A stretch of 64,000 nucleotides of DNA from Candidatus Latescibacterota bacterium. GTDB lineage: Bacteria > Latescibacterota > UBA2968. This document shows, in pieces, positions 26,869 through 38,353 of the stretch (position 1 is its first letter; each line of letters starts with the position of its first letter). The notes under the pieces are model-generated. The model was not told the DNA's origin, did not search any database, and worked only from the letters and a program-made list of their open reading frames with translations. Both the position numbers and the translations under genes were made by a program. The stretch covers positions 3,648,001 through 3,712,000 of the forward strand of contig OZ241986.1 of the NCBI GenBank assembly GCA_965204375.1, written 5' to 3'.

Positions 26869-28821
26869 ATGAACACCTTGCCCAAAGAAAATGAAATAAC
26901 TTTGTTCCGCTACAGAAATCGGCTCATGGCGGGCGTGTGTGTCAACATCTCCCATACCAGAGCCAGATTTGCGGTATCGGCGCGTACATCTCACAATGTA
27001 CCCATAGAAAATATTCTCCAGGCAACCGGACATATCGGAAATGACAAAACCGCTGGCACAGCGTGGCTCAATCGGGCAAAAGCCACAAGCACCGACATTG
27101 ACCTTTGCGACCTGTGGGAACTCGTCGTAGAAGAAGATGAAATCTGGGATCTGAACGAACTGACCGAACTGCATTACAATCACATGCCGACATCGGAACA
27201 AATGTCGGCATTTTTAGTCGCATTGGAAACGAGTGCCTACTTCGATGTCGAAGGACGGAGATTTCGCGCACTTGATCGGACAGAAGTCAGCCACAGATTG
27301 GAAATAGTCGCTCGCGACAAAGAACGAGAAGCGGAACGAGAGGCATTTTTGAAATGGCTTCAGTTTCAGGGCACCGGCAAAGACGACTGGATCGAACGGA
27401 TAAAAGACGTCGCACTACACGGCGAACAGAGCAAATATGCACACTGGCTGGAACGCATGGCCAGCGAGACCATCTCTGCGCGCAAAGCTTTTGATCGCTT
27501 AGTCGCCGAAGGTGTATGGGATCGGCATGCCTTTGTCGAATTGATGCGCGAAGATGTACCTCTGGACTTTCCCGACATATTAATCAAAGAAGCGGACGCG
27601 ATTCAAGCCATGTATAAATCGCTATTTGCAAATCGCCAGGACCTGACGCATATAGATGCCGTGACCATTGACGACGCATCGACAACAGATATGGACGATG
27701 CGATATCAGTTCAATTTCGGGAAGACGGCAGCTATCAAATTGGCGTGCATATTACCGATGTCTCCTCGTTGATCCCCGCGCACTCAGCCCTCGATGAAGA
27801 AGCCAGAAACCGCGGCGCAAGCCTCTACTTTCCAGAGACAAAATACCCCATGTTGCCGCCCGTTCTATCGGAAAATCTGGGCAGTCTCATCCCCCGTGAA
27901 AATCGATTGGCCGTCAGCCTATTGTGGGATGTGGGGCCAGATGGCACGATGGGAACCCCGACCTGGACACTTTCCGTCATCCAGTGTCGCGAAAAACTGA
28001 GTTATGATGAAGCAGACGCAATACTCGACAATGCGACGCACCCCAGACACGCGATATTATCAGCCCTATTTGACGCGGCAGAATCGCTTTTGATACAGCG
28101 CGTCGAAGCCGGTGCTGTAGCGGTTGATCAAGTTGACCGCCGCGTGAATATCTCGGCTGATGGAACCGTGAATATCAAAATAAAAAAACGCGACTCCAGG
28201 GCTGATTTGCTGGTCAGCGAACTGATGGTCAAAGCCAATGTCGAAGCCGCCAAATTGTGTGTTGAACAAAACGCACCCGCGATCTTTCGCGTACAAGACG
28301 CGCCCGACCTCTCCGATTTAGAACCCACGGATAGCGAGCAAGTACACCGCTATCAGACACTGACGCGCATGCGTGCAGCTGCAATCTCACTACAACCCGG
28401 TCTGCACGGTGGCCTGGGGGTAGAACCCTATTGCCAGACCACATCTCCCCTGAGGCGATTCATAGATCTGGTATCACAGCGACAACTCGTCGCCATCATC
28501 GACAACAAAGCCTTGCCCTATTCTATAGATGACCTGACGACACTTTGTCCCTACCTCGAAGAACGCCTCCGCCTGATCAACCGCCTGGAACAGCGCAGAG
28601 AGCGATACTGGATATTTCACCATCTCGCGCAATACAGAGGACAGGTATTTGACGCACTCGTGTTAAATACATGGGACCACCGCGCCCGGATCGAAATCCC
28701 GGACTATGCCCTGCAAGTTGACATGCGTCTATCGGGACAAATCCGCGTGGGTGAACGCATAAGCGTACGCCTGACGCGGATAGATCCCTGGGCAGATGAT
28801 ATTCAATTTGTCATGGAGTGA
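26869..28821 (+). CDS. RNB domain ribonuclease (RNase II/R family)
   Basis: TIDDASTTDMDDAIS, GVHITDV, LVSELMVKAN, YCQTTSPLRRFIDL. Confidence 0.9.
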   Translation: MNTLPKENEITLFRYRNRLMAGVCVNISHTRARFAVSARTSHNVPIENILQATGHIGNDKTAGTAWLNRAKATSTDIDLCDLWELVVEEDEIWDLNELTELHYNHMPTSEQMSAFLVALETSAYFDVEGRRFRALDRTEVSHRLEIVARDKEREAEREAFLKWLQFQGTGKDDWIERIKDVALHGEQSKYAHWLERMASETISARKAFDRLVAEGVWDRHAFVELMREDVPLDFPDILIKEADAIQAMYKSLFANRQDLTHIDAVTIDDASTTDMDDAISVQFREDGSYQIGVHITDVSSLIPAHSALDEEARNRGASLYFPETKYPMLPPVLSENLGSLIPRENRLAVSLLWDVGPDGTMGTPTWTLSVIQCREKLSYDEADAILDNATHPRHAILSALFDAAESLLIQRVEAGAVAVDQVDRRVNISADGTVNIKIKKRDSRADLLVSELMVKANVEAAKLCVEQNAPAIFRVQDAPDLSDLEPTDSEQVHRYQTLTRMRAAAISLQPGLHGGLGVEPYCQTTSPLRRFIDLVSQRQLVAIIDNKALPYSIDDLTTLCPYLEERLRLINRLEQRRERYWIFHHLAQYRGQVFDALVLNTWDHRARIEIPDYALQVDMRLSGQIRVGERISVRLTRIDPWADDIQFVME

Positions 28822-28904
28822 GAGGGCCTCACACGAGCGGGGTACAACTGCGATAGCAGTTCAAGACACGAAGACACACAAAGATAGAAAAAGGATACAA
28901 CAGT

Positions 28905-31133
28905 ATGATGCATGTGTGGTATCTGTTTTGTTTTTTGTTTTTCTCTCTTACCCCACACCTTTGGGCAGATGTGCCCAACGGGGGATTTGAACAAATCACA
29001 GCATCGCAGATACCTGTAAATTGGTCTCCCGTACCCGATTCTACGCGGATCATGGTCGAACGCGAACGCGCCCACAGCGGCAAAACCTCAGTCCTTCTGC
29101 TGGGCGGACCGCGGGGAGAACCCACCGCACTGATCAGCGATCCCGTCAGTATTCAGCCAGGAGCCGTTTATGTCTTAACCGGATGGGCGCGTGCCGACAG
29201 CGCAAAGGCCTATGCACGCATCCGATGGTTGTCAGAAGATCAGACTCCGGTGGGTGAAAGCGGGACAACAACAGAAGTAACAAGCGCGTCGTGGACAGAA
29301 TGGGCCGAGACTTTTGTGGTACCCACGAAAGCCATATTTGGGCGTGTAATTTGTCTTATCGACGGAAAAGAAGCAGCTTTTGACGACGTGCGTCTGCACA
29401 AAATTGCACCGCGAATGCCTCTCGGTCTTCAATTAAAAGCAACGGATTTTCCCACACAGGGCGCGCGCGCCGCAAACGTGCGCGTGACAATACAAGACAG
29501 CGTTGTCGCGCTACCCCACCAGGTCACGCAACAGGACAGTGTGGTCTCTCATGATGGAGCCGTGGTTATTTTTGAAGCGAGTCGCGGGCAAATAACCCCC
29601 TGGGCAACAATCAAAAATGGCACAGCGACAGCCACATTGCGCGACGCCGAAGAAAACGCGGGCGGCGTCTATGTGCGGGCGCGGTTGGCCCACCTCAGTG
29701 CCCGGGCCTATGCAGGCGACAAAAAAGCGACCCGATTGCGCGGTCGTCTTTTCAATACCGAAACCGGGCACCCCCTATTGGGCCGGATAATCGTCGCCGA
29801 TTCTCTGGGTAATATTTTACAGACGGGATTTGCAGAACGCGGCTTTGTTGCCGACAGTGCATTTGCAATTGATGTACCACCCCAAACAATCACCATATCC
29901 GCAACGCGCGGTTTCGCGCACCTGCCGCCAGAGCCTCAGGTCTTGCACCTCGTACCCGGTCGTGAACACATGGTAGAACTGCCCTTCAAACCATGGGGAG
30001 ACCTCCATGCGCGCGGATGGGTGGCAGGTGATCTTCTCAATAGCAATGATGCGCGAGCACGCGGACTGGATTGGGCAGCTTTGCCAGTGAATGGAAATGG
30101 AAATTCGATACTGACGCTACCCGGCAAAAATGTTGAAACCCGCGGGGGAAAACAATGGGTGTTGGGCACCACCGGGCTATTTACCCCCGAAAAAGCCGGA
30201 TTTGAGGTACATGCCCAGGCGCGTTTAGACCGCGGTATTACTGGCTATACAGATATTCGGGGCACATCGTTATTCGATATTCTCGCTGGACCGGCTTTTG
30301 ACGCACTCAATGTCGCACATCCCGATACGCGAGCAATCTGGTTTGCACTGCTCAATCGGGGGTATCGCATTGCGGGTACTGCTTTTTCCGACGAACATTT
30401 TCGCACATACACACAGGTACCCGGCGACCTGACCGCCGATAGACTGATGCGCGCAATAGCCAACGGCCAAAATATGATAACCAACGGGCCTCTGATCTCA
30501 TTATCCATCTTTGCAGCCGGACCCGGCAACCAATTGCCAGCAGGCCACAAAAGACGGGCAACAATTCACGCCTGGGCAGCCGCAAAATCCGATGCGTATT
30601 TGACGCGCATTGAACTCATTCGCAATGCACGGGTAATCCAGAGTTGGGATTTGAAAGAACAACCCCGGAAATATCGGATATCAACAGCACTCGAAGATAC
30701 TGTCAACTGCTGGTACCTCGCCCGGTGTTACGGTGCAGACACATCGCGCGTGGCATTGACGAATCCAATCTACTTCGAAACAAAAAATTTCGCGCCTCTC
30801 CAACCTGTTCGGGCTATTGTACAGGGCAAAATTGAAATGGCTGACAATTCTCCCGTACCCCAGGCCGTTATTCGAGCGGTTGATCCCATTGGCAGAACAG
30901 TCTTAGAGACAGTAGCCCGGCACGGAACATTTCAAATTTGGGTACCTGCGACCAGCCAGATTCGCGTAGAAGCAAAAGGCTACGAAACGCCACCGCAACG
31001 CATCTTTGACCATCGAGATATTCAGCGCCTATTGCAAACACCTGTCAACCCGTCTGAACTAAACGCCCTGGATACGCTGACAGAACAATTACAAGCCATT
31101 GACATGGTGTTTGTTCTCAAACGATCACGATAA
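28905..31133 (+). CDS. Secreted multidomain protein: CBM-like + Ig-like + degenerate CehA/McbA-type PHP-like domain
   Basis: Signal peptide; PNGGFE...FDDVRL; GWVAGDL; WFALLNRGYRIAGTA; MITNGPLI; WYLARC...ALTNPIYF. Confidence 0.55.
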   Translation: MMHVWYLFCFLFFSLTPHLWADVPNGGFEQITASQIPVNWSPVPDSTRIMVERERAHSGKTSVLLLGGPRGEPTALISDPVSIQPGAVYVLTGWARADSAKAYARIRWLSEDQTPVGESGTTTEVTSASWTEWAETFVVPTKAIFGRVICLIDGKEAAFDDVRLHKIAPRMPLGLQLKATDFPTQGARAANVRVTIQDSVVALPHQVTQQDSVVSHDGAVVIFEASRGQITPWATIKNGTATATLRDAEENAGGVYVRARLAHLSARAYAGDKKATRLRGRLFNTETGHPLLGRIIVADSLGNILQTGFAERGFVADSAFAIDVPPQTITISATRGFAHLPPEPQVLHLVPGREHMVELPFKPWGDLHARGWVAGDLLNSNDARARGLDWAALPVNGNGNSILTLPGKNVETRGGKQWVLGTTGLFTPEKAGFEVHAQARLDRGITGYTDIRGTSLFDILAGPAFDALNVAHPDTRAIWFALLNRGYRIAGTAFSDEHFRTYTQVPGDLTADRLMRAIANGQNMITNGPLISLSIFAAGPGNQLPAGHKRRATIHAWAAAKSDAYLTRIELIRNARVIQSWDLKEQPRKYRISTALEDTVNCWYLARCYGADTSRVALTNPIYFETKNFAPLQPVRAIVQGKIEMADNSPVPQAVIRAVDPIGRTVLETVARHGTFQIWVPATSQIRVEAKGYETPPQRIFDHRDIQRLLQTPVNPSELNALDTLTEQLQAIDMVFVLKRSR

Positions 31134-31201
31134 TTTGACCACCGTATTATATTTATACTGTAGAAATATATACATTTTCATTTTCATACCAGGAGAATAA
31201 A

Positions 31202-31894
31202 ATGAATAAAATTCTGGTGGTTGAAGACGAACCTGATATTTTGGAAATGGTGCGCTACAACCTCGATCAAGCTGGGTTAGATGTGGAAACAGCAGAAGAT
31301 GCCGAGTGTGCCCTCCAGAGCGTTCAGGAGGTTCTGCCAGATTTGATCGTACTGGATCTGATGCTGCCGGGCATTGACGGCCTGGATATGTGCAGGCAAC
31401 TAAAACAAGATGCTCGAACCCGTCACATACCCATCTTAATGTTGACCGCGCGCAAAGAGGAAGTAGATCGCATTGTGGGATTGGAGTTGGGAGCCGATGA
31501 CTACGTTGTCAAACCCTTTTCCCCACGCGAACTCGTCTTGAGGGCGCAGGCGATTCTGCGGCGCAGTCAGAGCAGCTTGCAATCGACCACAGATACCTGG
31601 TTACATACGGGACCGATATCTATCGATAAAGCCGCACACCAGGCCCTGTTAAACGGTGACCCATTGGAATTGACAGGCACAGAATTTAAGCTGCTCATAA
31701 CCCTGATCGAACGCCGCGGACGCGTGCAAACACGCGACGATTTACTCGATACAGTATGGGGTTATGAATACAGTGGTTATGGGCGCACGGTCGATACGCA
31801 CATCAGGCGATTGCGCGAGAAACTCGGCGAAGCAAGCGAATGGATCGAAACCGTGCGAGGCGTGGGTTATCGCTTCCGCCGAGAGAGAGCATAG
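31202..31894 (+). CDS. phoB: OmpR/PhoB family response regulator (PhoB/PhoP-like)
   Basis: VVEDE, LDLMLPG, GADDYVVKPFSPREL, RTVDTHIRRLREKLG; paired with a PhoR-like kinase. Confidence 0.8.
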   Translation: MNKILVVEDEPDILEMVRYNLDQAGLDVETAEDAECALQSVQEVLPDLIVLDLMLPGIDGLDMCRQLKQDARTRHIPILMLTARKEEVDRIVGLELGADDYVVKPFSPRELVLRAQAILRRSQSSLQSTTDTWLHTGPISIDKAAHQALLNGDPLELTGTEFKLLITLIERRGRVQTRDDLLDTVWGYEYSGYGRTVDTHIRRLREKLGEASEWIETVRGVGYRFRRERA

Positions 31895-31895
31895 A

Positions 31896-33722
31896 ATGCG
31901 TTTGCACTGGAAATGGATGCTCGCCTGCCTTTCTGTACTGGTACTGGTACTGGCATCTGCACATCTGTATCTGGATCACGTCATACGCGACTTTTGGGTT
32001 CATCATCTCGAACAGAGACTTTTGCGCGAGGTGCGTTTTGCCCGCGTGCATATCAGCGAGGTGGCAAATACCGATGAGGGACTCGTCCCGCTTGTCAACG
32101 AAGTGGGCGTGCGTTTGGGCGTGCGTGCAACGCTAATCGACGGTCAAGGGCGCGTATTAGCCGATTCGGAAACCGACCCATCTGATCTGAGTACTCTGGA
32201 AAATCACGCCGATCATCCAGAAATCAGCACAGCACTTCAACAGGGGCGGGGAAGTAGCTTGCGTTATAGCAAGACACAGGATATCGAAATATTATATGTC
32301 GCAACTGCAGTACCGGAAATTGGCGATGGAAATTTTGTCCTGCGATTGGCCCTGCCCTTACGCGGCGATATAGGGCATATAGAACAACTGATTGCACCGG
32401 CGATATGGATGGCATCGATACTGGGATTATGCCTCGCCTTGTTATTGGCTTATGCCACCTCGCGATATATCTCGCGCCCGATTTTAGATGCCATTTGGTT
32501 CGTCAAAAACATTGCTTCGGGAAGATTAAAACACCCCACACTCCGCGTTAGTTCCACACGAGAATTGCGCGAATTGGGCACAGCATTAGACGACATGCGC
32601 CAGCAGGTCCAGGCGCAAATTGGGCAAATCACACTTGAAAAATCGCGTTTAGAAGCCGTCTTGCCGAGCATTACAGAAGCAATTCTGGTCACGGACCAGA
32701 GTGGTCGTATTTTGATGGGAAATCGAACATTTGAGAAGCTATTTGGTGTATCTGACGCCATTGAAGGGCGCATGCCCATTGAGTTTGTGCGCCATCGGGA
32801 TGTGCAAGATGCGATTGAGCAAACCCTATCAACCGGACAAGTGGCGTTTTTAGATCTCACCCGCTCAGATGGTCGAGAACGCCATTTCGATGTGCAGATT
32901 GCACCTATTTTGCAAGACGATCATATCGCGGGTTCTGTAACTATATTTTACGACATCACTGAACTGCGCCGACTGGAGCGCATTCGCAAAGATTTTGTCG
33001 CCAATGTGTCCCATGAATTGCGCACCCCGCTTACGACCATTAAGGGATGTGCAGCCACGCTGGCAGACGGTGCCTTAGACAACAAAGAAGCCGCACAGCG
33101 ATTCGTGCAAATGATTAACACCCATGCGGATCGCCTGCACAATCTGATAGAAGATATTCTGGATCTGTCGCGTATAGAATCGGGTGCTCTGCCCCTTGAG
33201 ACCGGCGTATATCCCGTACATGAGATAGTCGATTCCGTCGTTGGACAGATACGTCCACAGGCAAAAGAAAAAACCCTTGCCATCGAGATAGATACAAAAG
33301 AAAATGTACAGGTGCAATGCGATCGCAAGCTCATTGAACAGGCATTGCTCAATCTGCTCGACAACGCGGTAAAATACACGCCCGAAGGGGGTAAAATCTG
33401 GATTCAGACGCGGGATTTCAAGCATGTGGAAAATGTAGATGAAGACCGTCGCAATAGACATGGTGAAAATGCGACGCAGACCCGCAAGCGTCGCATTGCA
33501 CTTGAAGTAAAGGACACGGGTATTGGGGTACCACTTTCAGATATGGACCGCATTTTTGAGCGATTTTATCGAGTCGATAAAGGGCGGTCGCGGGCAATGG
33601 GAGGGACGGGCCTGGGCTTATCAATTGTTCGGCACATCATGGATGCACACGGCGAGCGGGTCTATGTCGAGAGTGAACAGGGCAAGGGATCGACATTTGG
33701 ACTGACATTGCCAGGGGAATAA
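31896..33722 (+). CDS. phoR: PhoR-like sensor histidine kinase (HAMP-PAS-HisKA-HATPase)
   Basis: RKDFVANVSHELRTPLT, NLLDNAVKYT, IFERFYRVDKGRSRAMGGTGLGLSIV. Confidence 0.8.
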   Translation: MRLHWKWMLACLSVLVLVLASAHLYLDHVIRDFWVHHLEQRLLREVRFARVHISEVANTDEGLVPLVNEVGVRLGVRATLIDGQGRVLADSETDPSDLSTLENHADHPEISTALQQGRGSSLRYSKTQDIEILYVATAVPEIGDGNFVLRLALPLRGDIGHIEQLIAPAIWMASILGLCLALLLAYATSRYISRPILDAIWFVKNIASGRLKHPTLRVSSTRELRELGTALDDMRQQVQAQIGQITLEKSRLEAVLPSITEAILVTDQSGRILMGNRTFEKLFGVSDAIEGRMPIEFVRHRDVQDAIEQTLSTGQVAFLDLTRSDGRERHFDVQIAPILQDDHIAGSVTIFYDITELRRLERIRKDFVANVSHELRTPLTTIKGCAATLADGALDNKEAAQRFVQMINTHADRLHNLIEDILDLSRIESGALPLETGVYPVHEIVDSVVGQIRPQAKEKTLAIEIDTKENVQVQCDRKLIEQALLNLLDNAVKYTPEGGKIWIQTRDFKHVENVDEDRRNRHGENATQTRKRRIALEVKDTGIGVPLSDMDRIFERFYRVDKGRSRAMGGTGLGLSIVRHIMDAHGERVYVESEQGKGSTFGLTLPGE

Positions 33723-33756
33723 AAAAGGGGTCGCGTTATTTAACGCGACCCCTTAA
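33722..33756. terminator. Bidirectional terminator between phoR and tRNA-Pro
   Basis: AAGGGGTCGCGTTA-tt-TAACGCGACCCCTT with an A-run on the left. Confidence 0.75.
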
Positions 33757-33762
33757 ATCTAT

Positions 33763-33839
33763 TGGTCGGGGCGAGAGGATTTGAACCTCCGGCCTCCTGC
33801 TCCCGAAGCAGGCGCTCTACCGGGCTGAGCCACGCCCCG
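33763..33839 (-). tRNA. tRNA-Pro(CGG)
   Basis: Reverse complement CGGGGCGTGGCTCAGCCCGGTAGAGCGCCTGCTTCGGGAGCAGGAGGCCGGAGGTTCAAATCCTCTCGCCCCGACCA; full cloverleaf with CCA. Confidence 0.97.
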
Positions 33840-33893
33840 TTTGCTATTTGTCTAAAAAAATACCACAATTTCATTCTCAGGCAAGAAAAAGAT

Positions 33894-34238
33894 TCACGCC
33901 GTCTGAAATGCCGCAACAGCCTCATCTACGGAATTGTGCAGATCGAAAATTTTAATCAACTGCGTCTGCACAAAAACACTGATCACATGATCGTGGGCAT
34001 TGGCGAGCTTCAAATCGCCGTTGGCCTTGCGCAAACGCTGCAAAAGCGCGGTCAAAACCCCAAATGCCATGCTGTTTAACCACCGCACCTGCCCCAAATC
34101 CAAAACCACTTTCATCCCATTATTCTCTTCGAGAAATTCAGTTACATAATCGGCCAACGCCGACATCTCGCGGTCTGTCACCTGACCGTCGAGCTTTATA
34201 ATGCGAATATTCCCCTGCATAGTTTCTTCAAAAGCCAT
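33894..34238 (-). CDS. STAS domain anti-sigma factor antagonist
   Basis: VVLDLGQVRWLNSMAFGVL...GDLKL...VFVQTQLIKIF. Confidence 0.85.
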   Translation of the reverse strand: MAFEETMQGNIRIIKLDGQVTDREMSALADYVTEFLEENNGMKVVLDLGQVRWLNSMAFGVLTALLQRLRKANGDLKLANAHDHVISVFVQTQLIKIFDLHNSVDEAVAAFQTA

Positions 34239-34251
34239 CCTGTTTTCCTTC

Positions 34252-37146
34252 CTATTTGTGAACCAAATCTCCCTGCACCTCGAGCGCGGCTGCAAGAGAT
34301 TCCACATGCGCTCTCAAATCTGCTACAAAGCGCTCAGCACCTGACCAATTTTCATCCTTTGCTAACTCTTCAATTCTCGCGGCAACCTCCCTCACATTAT
34401 CCGCGTAAAACAATTCGGCATTCTCTCTCAATTCACGCGCTCCCTGGCGAAGCGTTCCTGTGTCGTCAAGCAGGCTTAACAAATCGCCCCTCGTTTCTAA
34501 AAACATCTCGGATAGCCGCACGAGAAGCGCCTCATCCCCGCCAACATGTTGCAATGATGCCTCCCAATCGAGTGCCTGCTGCCCGGCGGGACCCGTCGCT
34601 TCTATCGCATCGTAAAGGAGGCGAGATCGAAGCGGTTTGGCGACAAATCCATCCATGCCGGCTGCTATGCAAAGCTCGCGGTCGCCCTTCATCACATCGG
34701 CTGTCATCGCAACAATTCGAATATGCCCACCCAATTCCTTTTCGCGCTTGCGAATTTCTTTGGTGGCTTCAAGCCCATCCATTTCGGGCATTTGTACATC
34801 CATCAACACCAGATCAAAGGTATCGTCTTTGTCAAGTGCTTCCAGAGTCTCCACACCATTATTTGCCACAACGACTGTGTGACCGCGCTGGTGCAACATA
34901 TCAATGGCGACGCGCTGGTTGACCAGACCGTCTTCGGCCAATAAAATGCGCAGAGATTTCCGCGCCTTATCGGTTACAATATCGCCCACCCCCAAAGCAT
35001 CTGGCGCAGATTCCTCAAATATACCAGCGATCAAATTAAAAAGATCGGATTGCTTGATGGGTTTGGATAAGTGCCCGGCCAGCATTTCGCTGGTAGAAGC
35101 CATATCCGGACGACCAGCAGAAGTCAACACCACCACGCGCGTGTATTTCAGCGTTGCGTCAGCGGCAATCTGCCTTGCGAGCGCGTAACCGTTCATAACG
35201 GGCATTTCCGCGTCGAGCAGAACCAGTGGATATGGACTACCTGCCTGTTGTGCGCGCAGCAACTCTTCCAATGCAATCTGACCATTCTCAGCCAGAGCGG
35301 GTTTCAAGCCATGGCAGGACAACATCTCTTCAAAAATCACCCGATTGGTATTGTTATCATCAACGACCAATACGGGCATACCGTGCAAAGTATCGGGCAA
35401 AACATCCCGGTACGACACACCGGTGGTCCGACGCGAAAAACTGGCTTCAAAAAAGAAAATACTGCCCTTATCCGGCTCGCTTTTCACATCGAGTTTTCCA
35501 CCCATCAACTCGACCAATTGGGCAGAAATAGTCAAACCAAGCCCCGTGCCACCATACTGCCGCGTCGTTGAACTGTCAGCCTGATCAAACGCGCTGAATA
35601 TCTGTTGTTGTACCTGCACTGGAATACCGATACCTGTATCGCGCACCTCAAATCGCAGTTTTGCGTCCTCCTCGCGCACCTCTACCAGATCAACATCGAT
35701 ATCCACAGTCCCATGATCTGTAAACTTGATGGCATTGCCCACCAGATTGACGACGACTTGTCTCAGGCGAATGGGATCGCCTATCAGGTCGTCGGGAACC
35801 TCTGGCGCAATCCGATAGGTCAACTCAAGCCCCTTTTCACTCGCTCGAACAGCCAGTGTTTGTAACGTATCGCCAAGCGTATCTCTCAGCGCAAACGGAA
35901 TGCTTTCCAATTCGAGCTTGCCTGCCTCCACCTTGGACAGATCGAGAATATCGTTGAGCAATACGAGCAACGTATCCGCCGAATTATAAGCGAGATCGGC
36001 GTATTCTTTTTGCCGCTCAGTCAACTCGGTATTGCCCAGCAATTCGATCATCCCCATAATGCCGTTCATCGGCGTGCGAATCTCGTGGCTCATATTGGCC
36101 AAAAATTGGCTCTTGGCCTGATTTGCTGCTTCGGCTGCTATACGGGCATTTTCAAGTTCTTTGTTCTGCGCTTCGAGGCGCTCGAGGTCGTCTAAACGGG
36201 TAACGCCTATTGAGACCTGTTCTGCAATACTCTCCAAAAACAAAACCTCGGCCTCTGAAAAAGCAGAAACCTCATCACTCATCAAAGCCATTGTACCCCG
36301 CACATGGGGAATATCGAGAATACACCGCACCTCAACCCCATATCTCGCAGCTATGGCCTTGAATCCCACCTGTGACAACCCCCCCATATCTTCTACGAGA
36401 TTCTCGCGATAAATTGTTTTCTGCTGTTGCCACATCCGATATACATTCGGCACCTGGCGCACCATGCAATTGATCTGCCCCGAAGGCATCACCTCGTACG
36501 TTTCAAAAGTACGCGTTTTGGGATCGAGCAAACGATGTACGGCAATGGCGACAACGGATACATCGAGCGCCAGCAACTGTTCTCTACACACGCGAACAAC
36601 CACCTCGAGATGCTCTGGTCGCGTCATCTGTTGCACGGCGTGACTGACCTGTATAAGCGCGTTCTGAAAAGCCACCTGCTCGCCGAGCGCACCTTCTGCC
36701 CGCTTTTGTCGGGTAATATCGGCCAGCGCGCCAATCATGCGAACCGGCACTTCTTCACCCGCATCAAAAAATACTTTGGCTTTGCTGCTGACCCATCTCA
36801 CCTCGTCATTGGCGTGCACAATTCGGTATTCAGTATCATAAGGAGCGCGTCCTTCAAGGGCTTGCCTGACCTCCCTCTGTGCGCGATCGCGATCATCCGG
36901 ATAAACACACGCCAACCACTCGGCCTCAGAGACCATTGTATCTCGTGGGGGAAAACCAAAAAGTTCGAAATACCGGTCTGTACACACGGCACTATCGTTC
37001 TGTATATCCCAATCAAACAGACCAATCCCACCGGCATTGAGCGCGTGCGTTAGACGCTCTTCACTCCGCTGCAATGCGTCTAACGCATCCCGAATCTGTT
37101 GAAAACCACCAGTAGAATCAATCGTATGTGTATCGCGTTTACCCAT
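34252..37146 (-). CDS. Hybrid sensor histidine kinase (PAS-GAF-HisKA-HATPase-REC-REC-HPt-like)
   Basis: [32 protein letters not shown]; two receiver domains (VVDDN..LDAEMP; LAEDG..MDVQMP). Confidence 0.92.
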   Translation of the reverse strand: MGKRDTHTIDSTGGFQQIRDALDALQRSEERLTHALNAGGIGLFDWDIQNDSAVCTDRYFELFGFPPRDTMVSEAEWLACVYPDDRDRAQREVRQALEGRAPYDTEYRIVHANDEVRWVSSKAKVFFDAGEEVPVRMIGALADITRQKRAEGALGEQVAFQNALIQVSHAVQQMTRPEHLEVVVRVCREQLLALDVSVVAIAVHRLLDPKTRTFETYEVMPSGQINCMVRQVPNVYRMWQQQKTIYRENLVEDMGGLSQVGFKAIAARYGVEVRCILDIPHVRGTMALMSDEVSAFSEAEVLFLESIAEQVSIGVTRLDDLERLEAQNKELENARIAAEAANQAKSQFLANMSHEIRTPMNGIMGMIELLGNTELTERQKEYADLAYNSADTLLVLLNDILDLSKVEAGKLELESIPFALRDTLGDTLQTLAVRASEKGLELTYRIAPEVPDDLIGDPIRLRQVVVNLVGNAIKFTDHGTVDIDVDLVEVREEDAKLRFEVRDTGIGIPVQVQQQIFSAFDQADSSTTRQYGGTGLGLTISAQLVELMGGKLDVKSEPDKGSIFFFEASFSRRTTGVSYRDVLPDTLHGMPVLVVDDNNTNRVIFEEMLSCHGLKPALAENGQIALEELLRAQQAGSPYPLVLLDAEMPVMNGYALARQIAADATLKYTRVVVLTSAGRPDMASTSEMLAGHLSKPIKQSDLFNLIAGIFEESAPDALGVGDIVTDKARKSLRILLAEDGLVNQRVAIDMLHQRGHTVVVANNGVETLEALDKDDTFDLVLMDVQMPEMDGLEATKEIRKREKELGGHIRIVAMTADVMKGDRELCIAAGMDGFVAKPLRSRLLYDAIEATGPAGQQALDWEASLQHVGGDEALLVRLSEMFLETRGDLLSLLDDTGTLRQGARELRENAELFYADNVREVAARIEELAKDENWSGAERFVADLRAHVESLAAALEVQGDLVHK

Positions 37147-37155
37147 GGTAAAATT

Positions 37156-37395
37156 TTATTCACCCTCTGTTCCCCGGGGCGTTACCTGTTCTACCGGGTC
37201 ACCGCCCGGAATAGATTCAAAGAGAAAATTCATTTCTTTTAAACCGTAAATCACAATGACCAGGGCAATCACAATGGCAATGACAATAAACCCATTCCTC
37301 AAATTATTCCCTTCTTCAAAACGATGAAGAATGCTTTTGAATTTTTGTCTTTCTTCTTGCTCCTTGTGGATACGGTCCAAATCTTTGAGATCCAT
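37156..37395 (-). CDS. Small single-pass membrane protein
   Basis: RBS AGGAGGAG; one hydrophobic segment. Confidence 0.6.
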   Translation of the reverse strand: MDLKDLDRIHKEQEERQKFKSILHRFEEGNNLRNGFIVIAIVIALVIVIYGLKEMNFLFESIPGGDPVEQVTPRGTEGE

Positions 37396-37640
37396 AAACT
37401 CCTCCTGATACTATCGGAATAGCGATTGTGGAGAACCATTTGCCATTAAGATTGCAAACACAAAAACAGAAGTCAATCAAAAATCTACTTCTCCCTGGTC
37501 GTCTGCCACCCCACAACCTCAAACAATTGTGGTTGACACAAACCGCCAATCTGTTGTACCTATTATGCGAATGATTTTTTGTGGTTTTCATCTGCGTTTA
37601 TCTGCGTTCATCTGTGGATACATTCCTGGAGTCGGATTCG

Positions 37641-38339
37641 ATGGCCCATCTCCCAACTTCTTGTGATGCGCTCATAATAGACCGCAACCCCATCCATCGC
37701 CATCTGCTCTACGCGCTACTCGAGCAAATGGGCTATCAGATCGCGGCAGTTCCCGAACTGCCCGAGCAAGCCATATCCTATCGGTTCGCGATGATGGACA
37801 TAGATGAGTGTGAAAATATTGAACAACAAATTGCGCGGGCGCAACCGGGCATTCCCATTATTGGTCTCGTATCACACGAAAAACACGATCAACCCTGTCT
37901 CAACGCAGGTGCCACAGCAACGCTAATCCGCCCTATCCGCGCAGACCAGCTCGTTGCCATCCTGCAAAATCTGAATATACAGCCCGAAAACGTCCAAACA
38001 CCTCCTATTGACATTGATCGTATCATGACACGGGTAGGTGGAAGAAGGCAAATTCTAAAAAAAATGGTTGATATCTTCACAGAAGAATTGCCCGACCAGA
38101 TTGCCGCATTGCACCGTGCCATTGACCAACAATCGCCCGAAGACCTGCGCCAGGCAGCCCACGCGCTGAAAGGTTCCGTGGCCAATTTTGACGCCAAAGC
38201 AGCTTATGAAGCAGCTTTCGCACTCGAGCAAATGGGCAAATCGAACGACTTGAACCAGGCCCCCGCAACCTTCCAAACGCTCGAACGCGAATTATCTGCT
38301 GTCCAAAATGCACTCAAAGAGCTCACCTTATCCTTTTGA
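37641..38339 (+). CDS. Degenerate receiver + HPt domain protein
   Basis: LIIDRN...FAMMD; HPt motif LRQAAHALKGSVANF. Confidence 0.8.
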   Translation: MAHLPTSCDALIIDRNPIHRHLLYALLEQMGYQIAAVPELPEQAISYRFAMMDIDECENIEQQIARAQPGIPIIGLVSHEKHDQPCLNAGATATLIRPIRADQLVAILQNLNIQPENVQTPPIDIDRIMTRVGGRRQILKKMVDIFTEELPDQIAALHRAIDQQSPEDLRQAAHALKGSVANFDAKAAYEAAFALEQMGKSNDLNQAPATFQTLERELSAVQNALKELTLSF

Positions 38340-38353
38340 ACCGAGCACCGAAC

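Noticed and set aside
31135-31200. Pho box upstream of phoB
   Set aside because: Only a weak AT-rich 11-bp periodicity; not enough match to call
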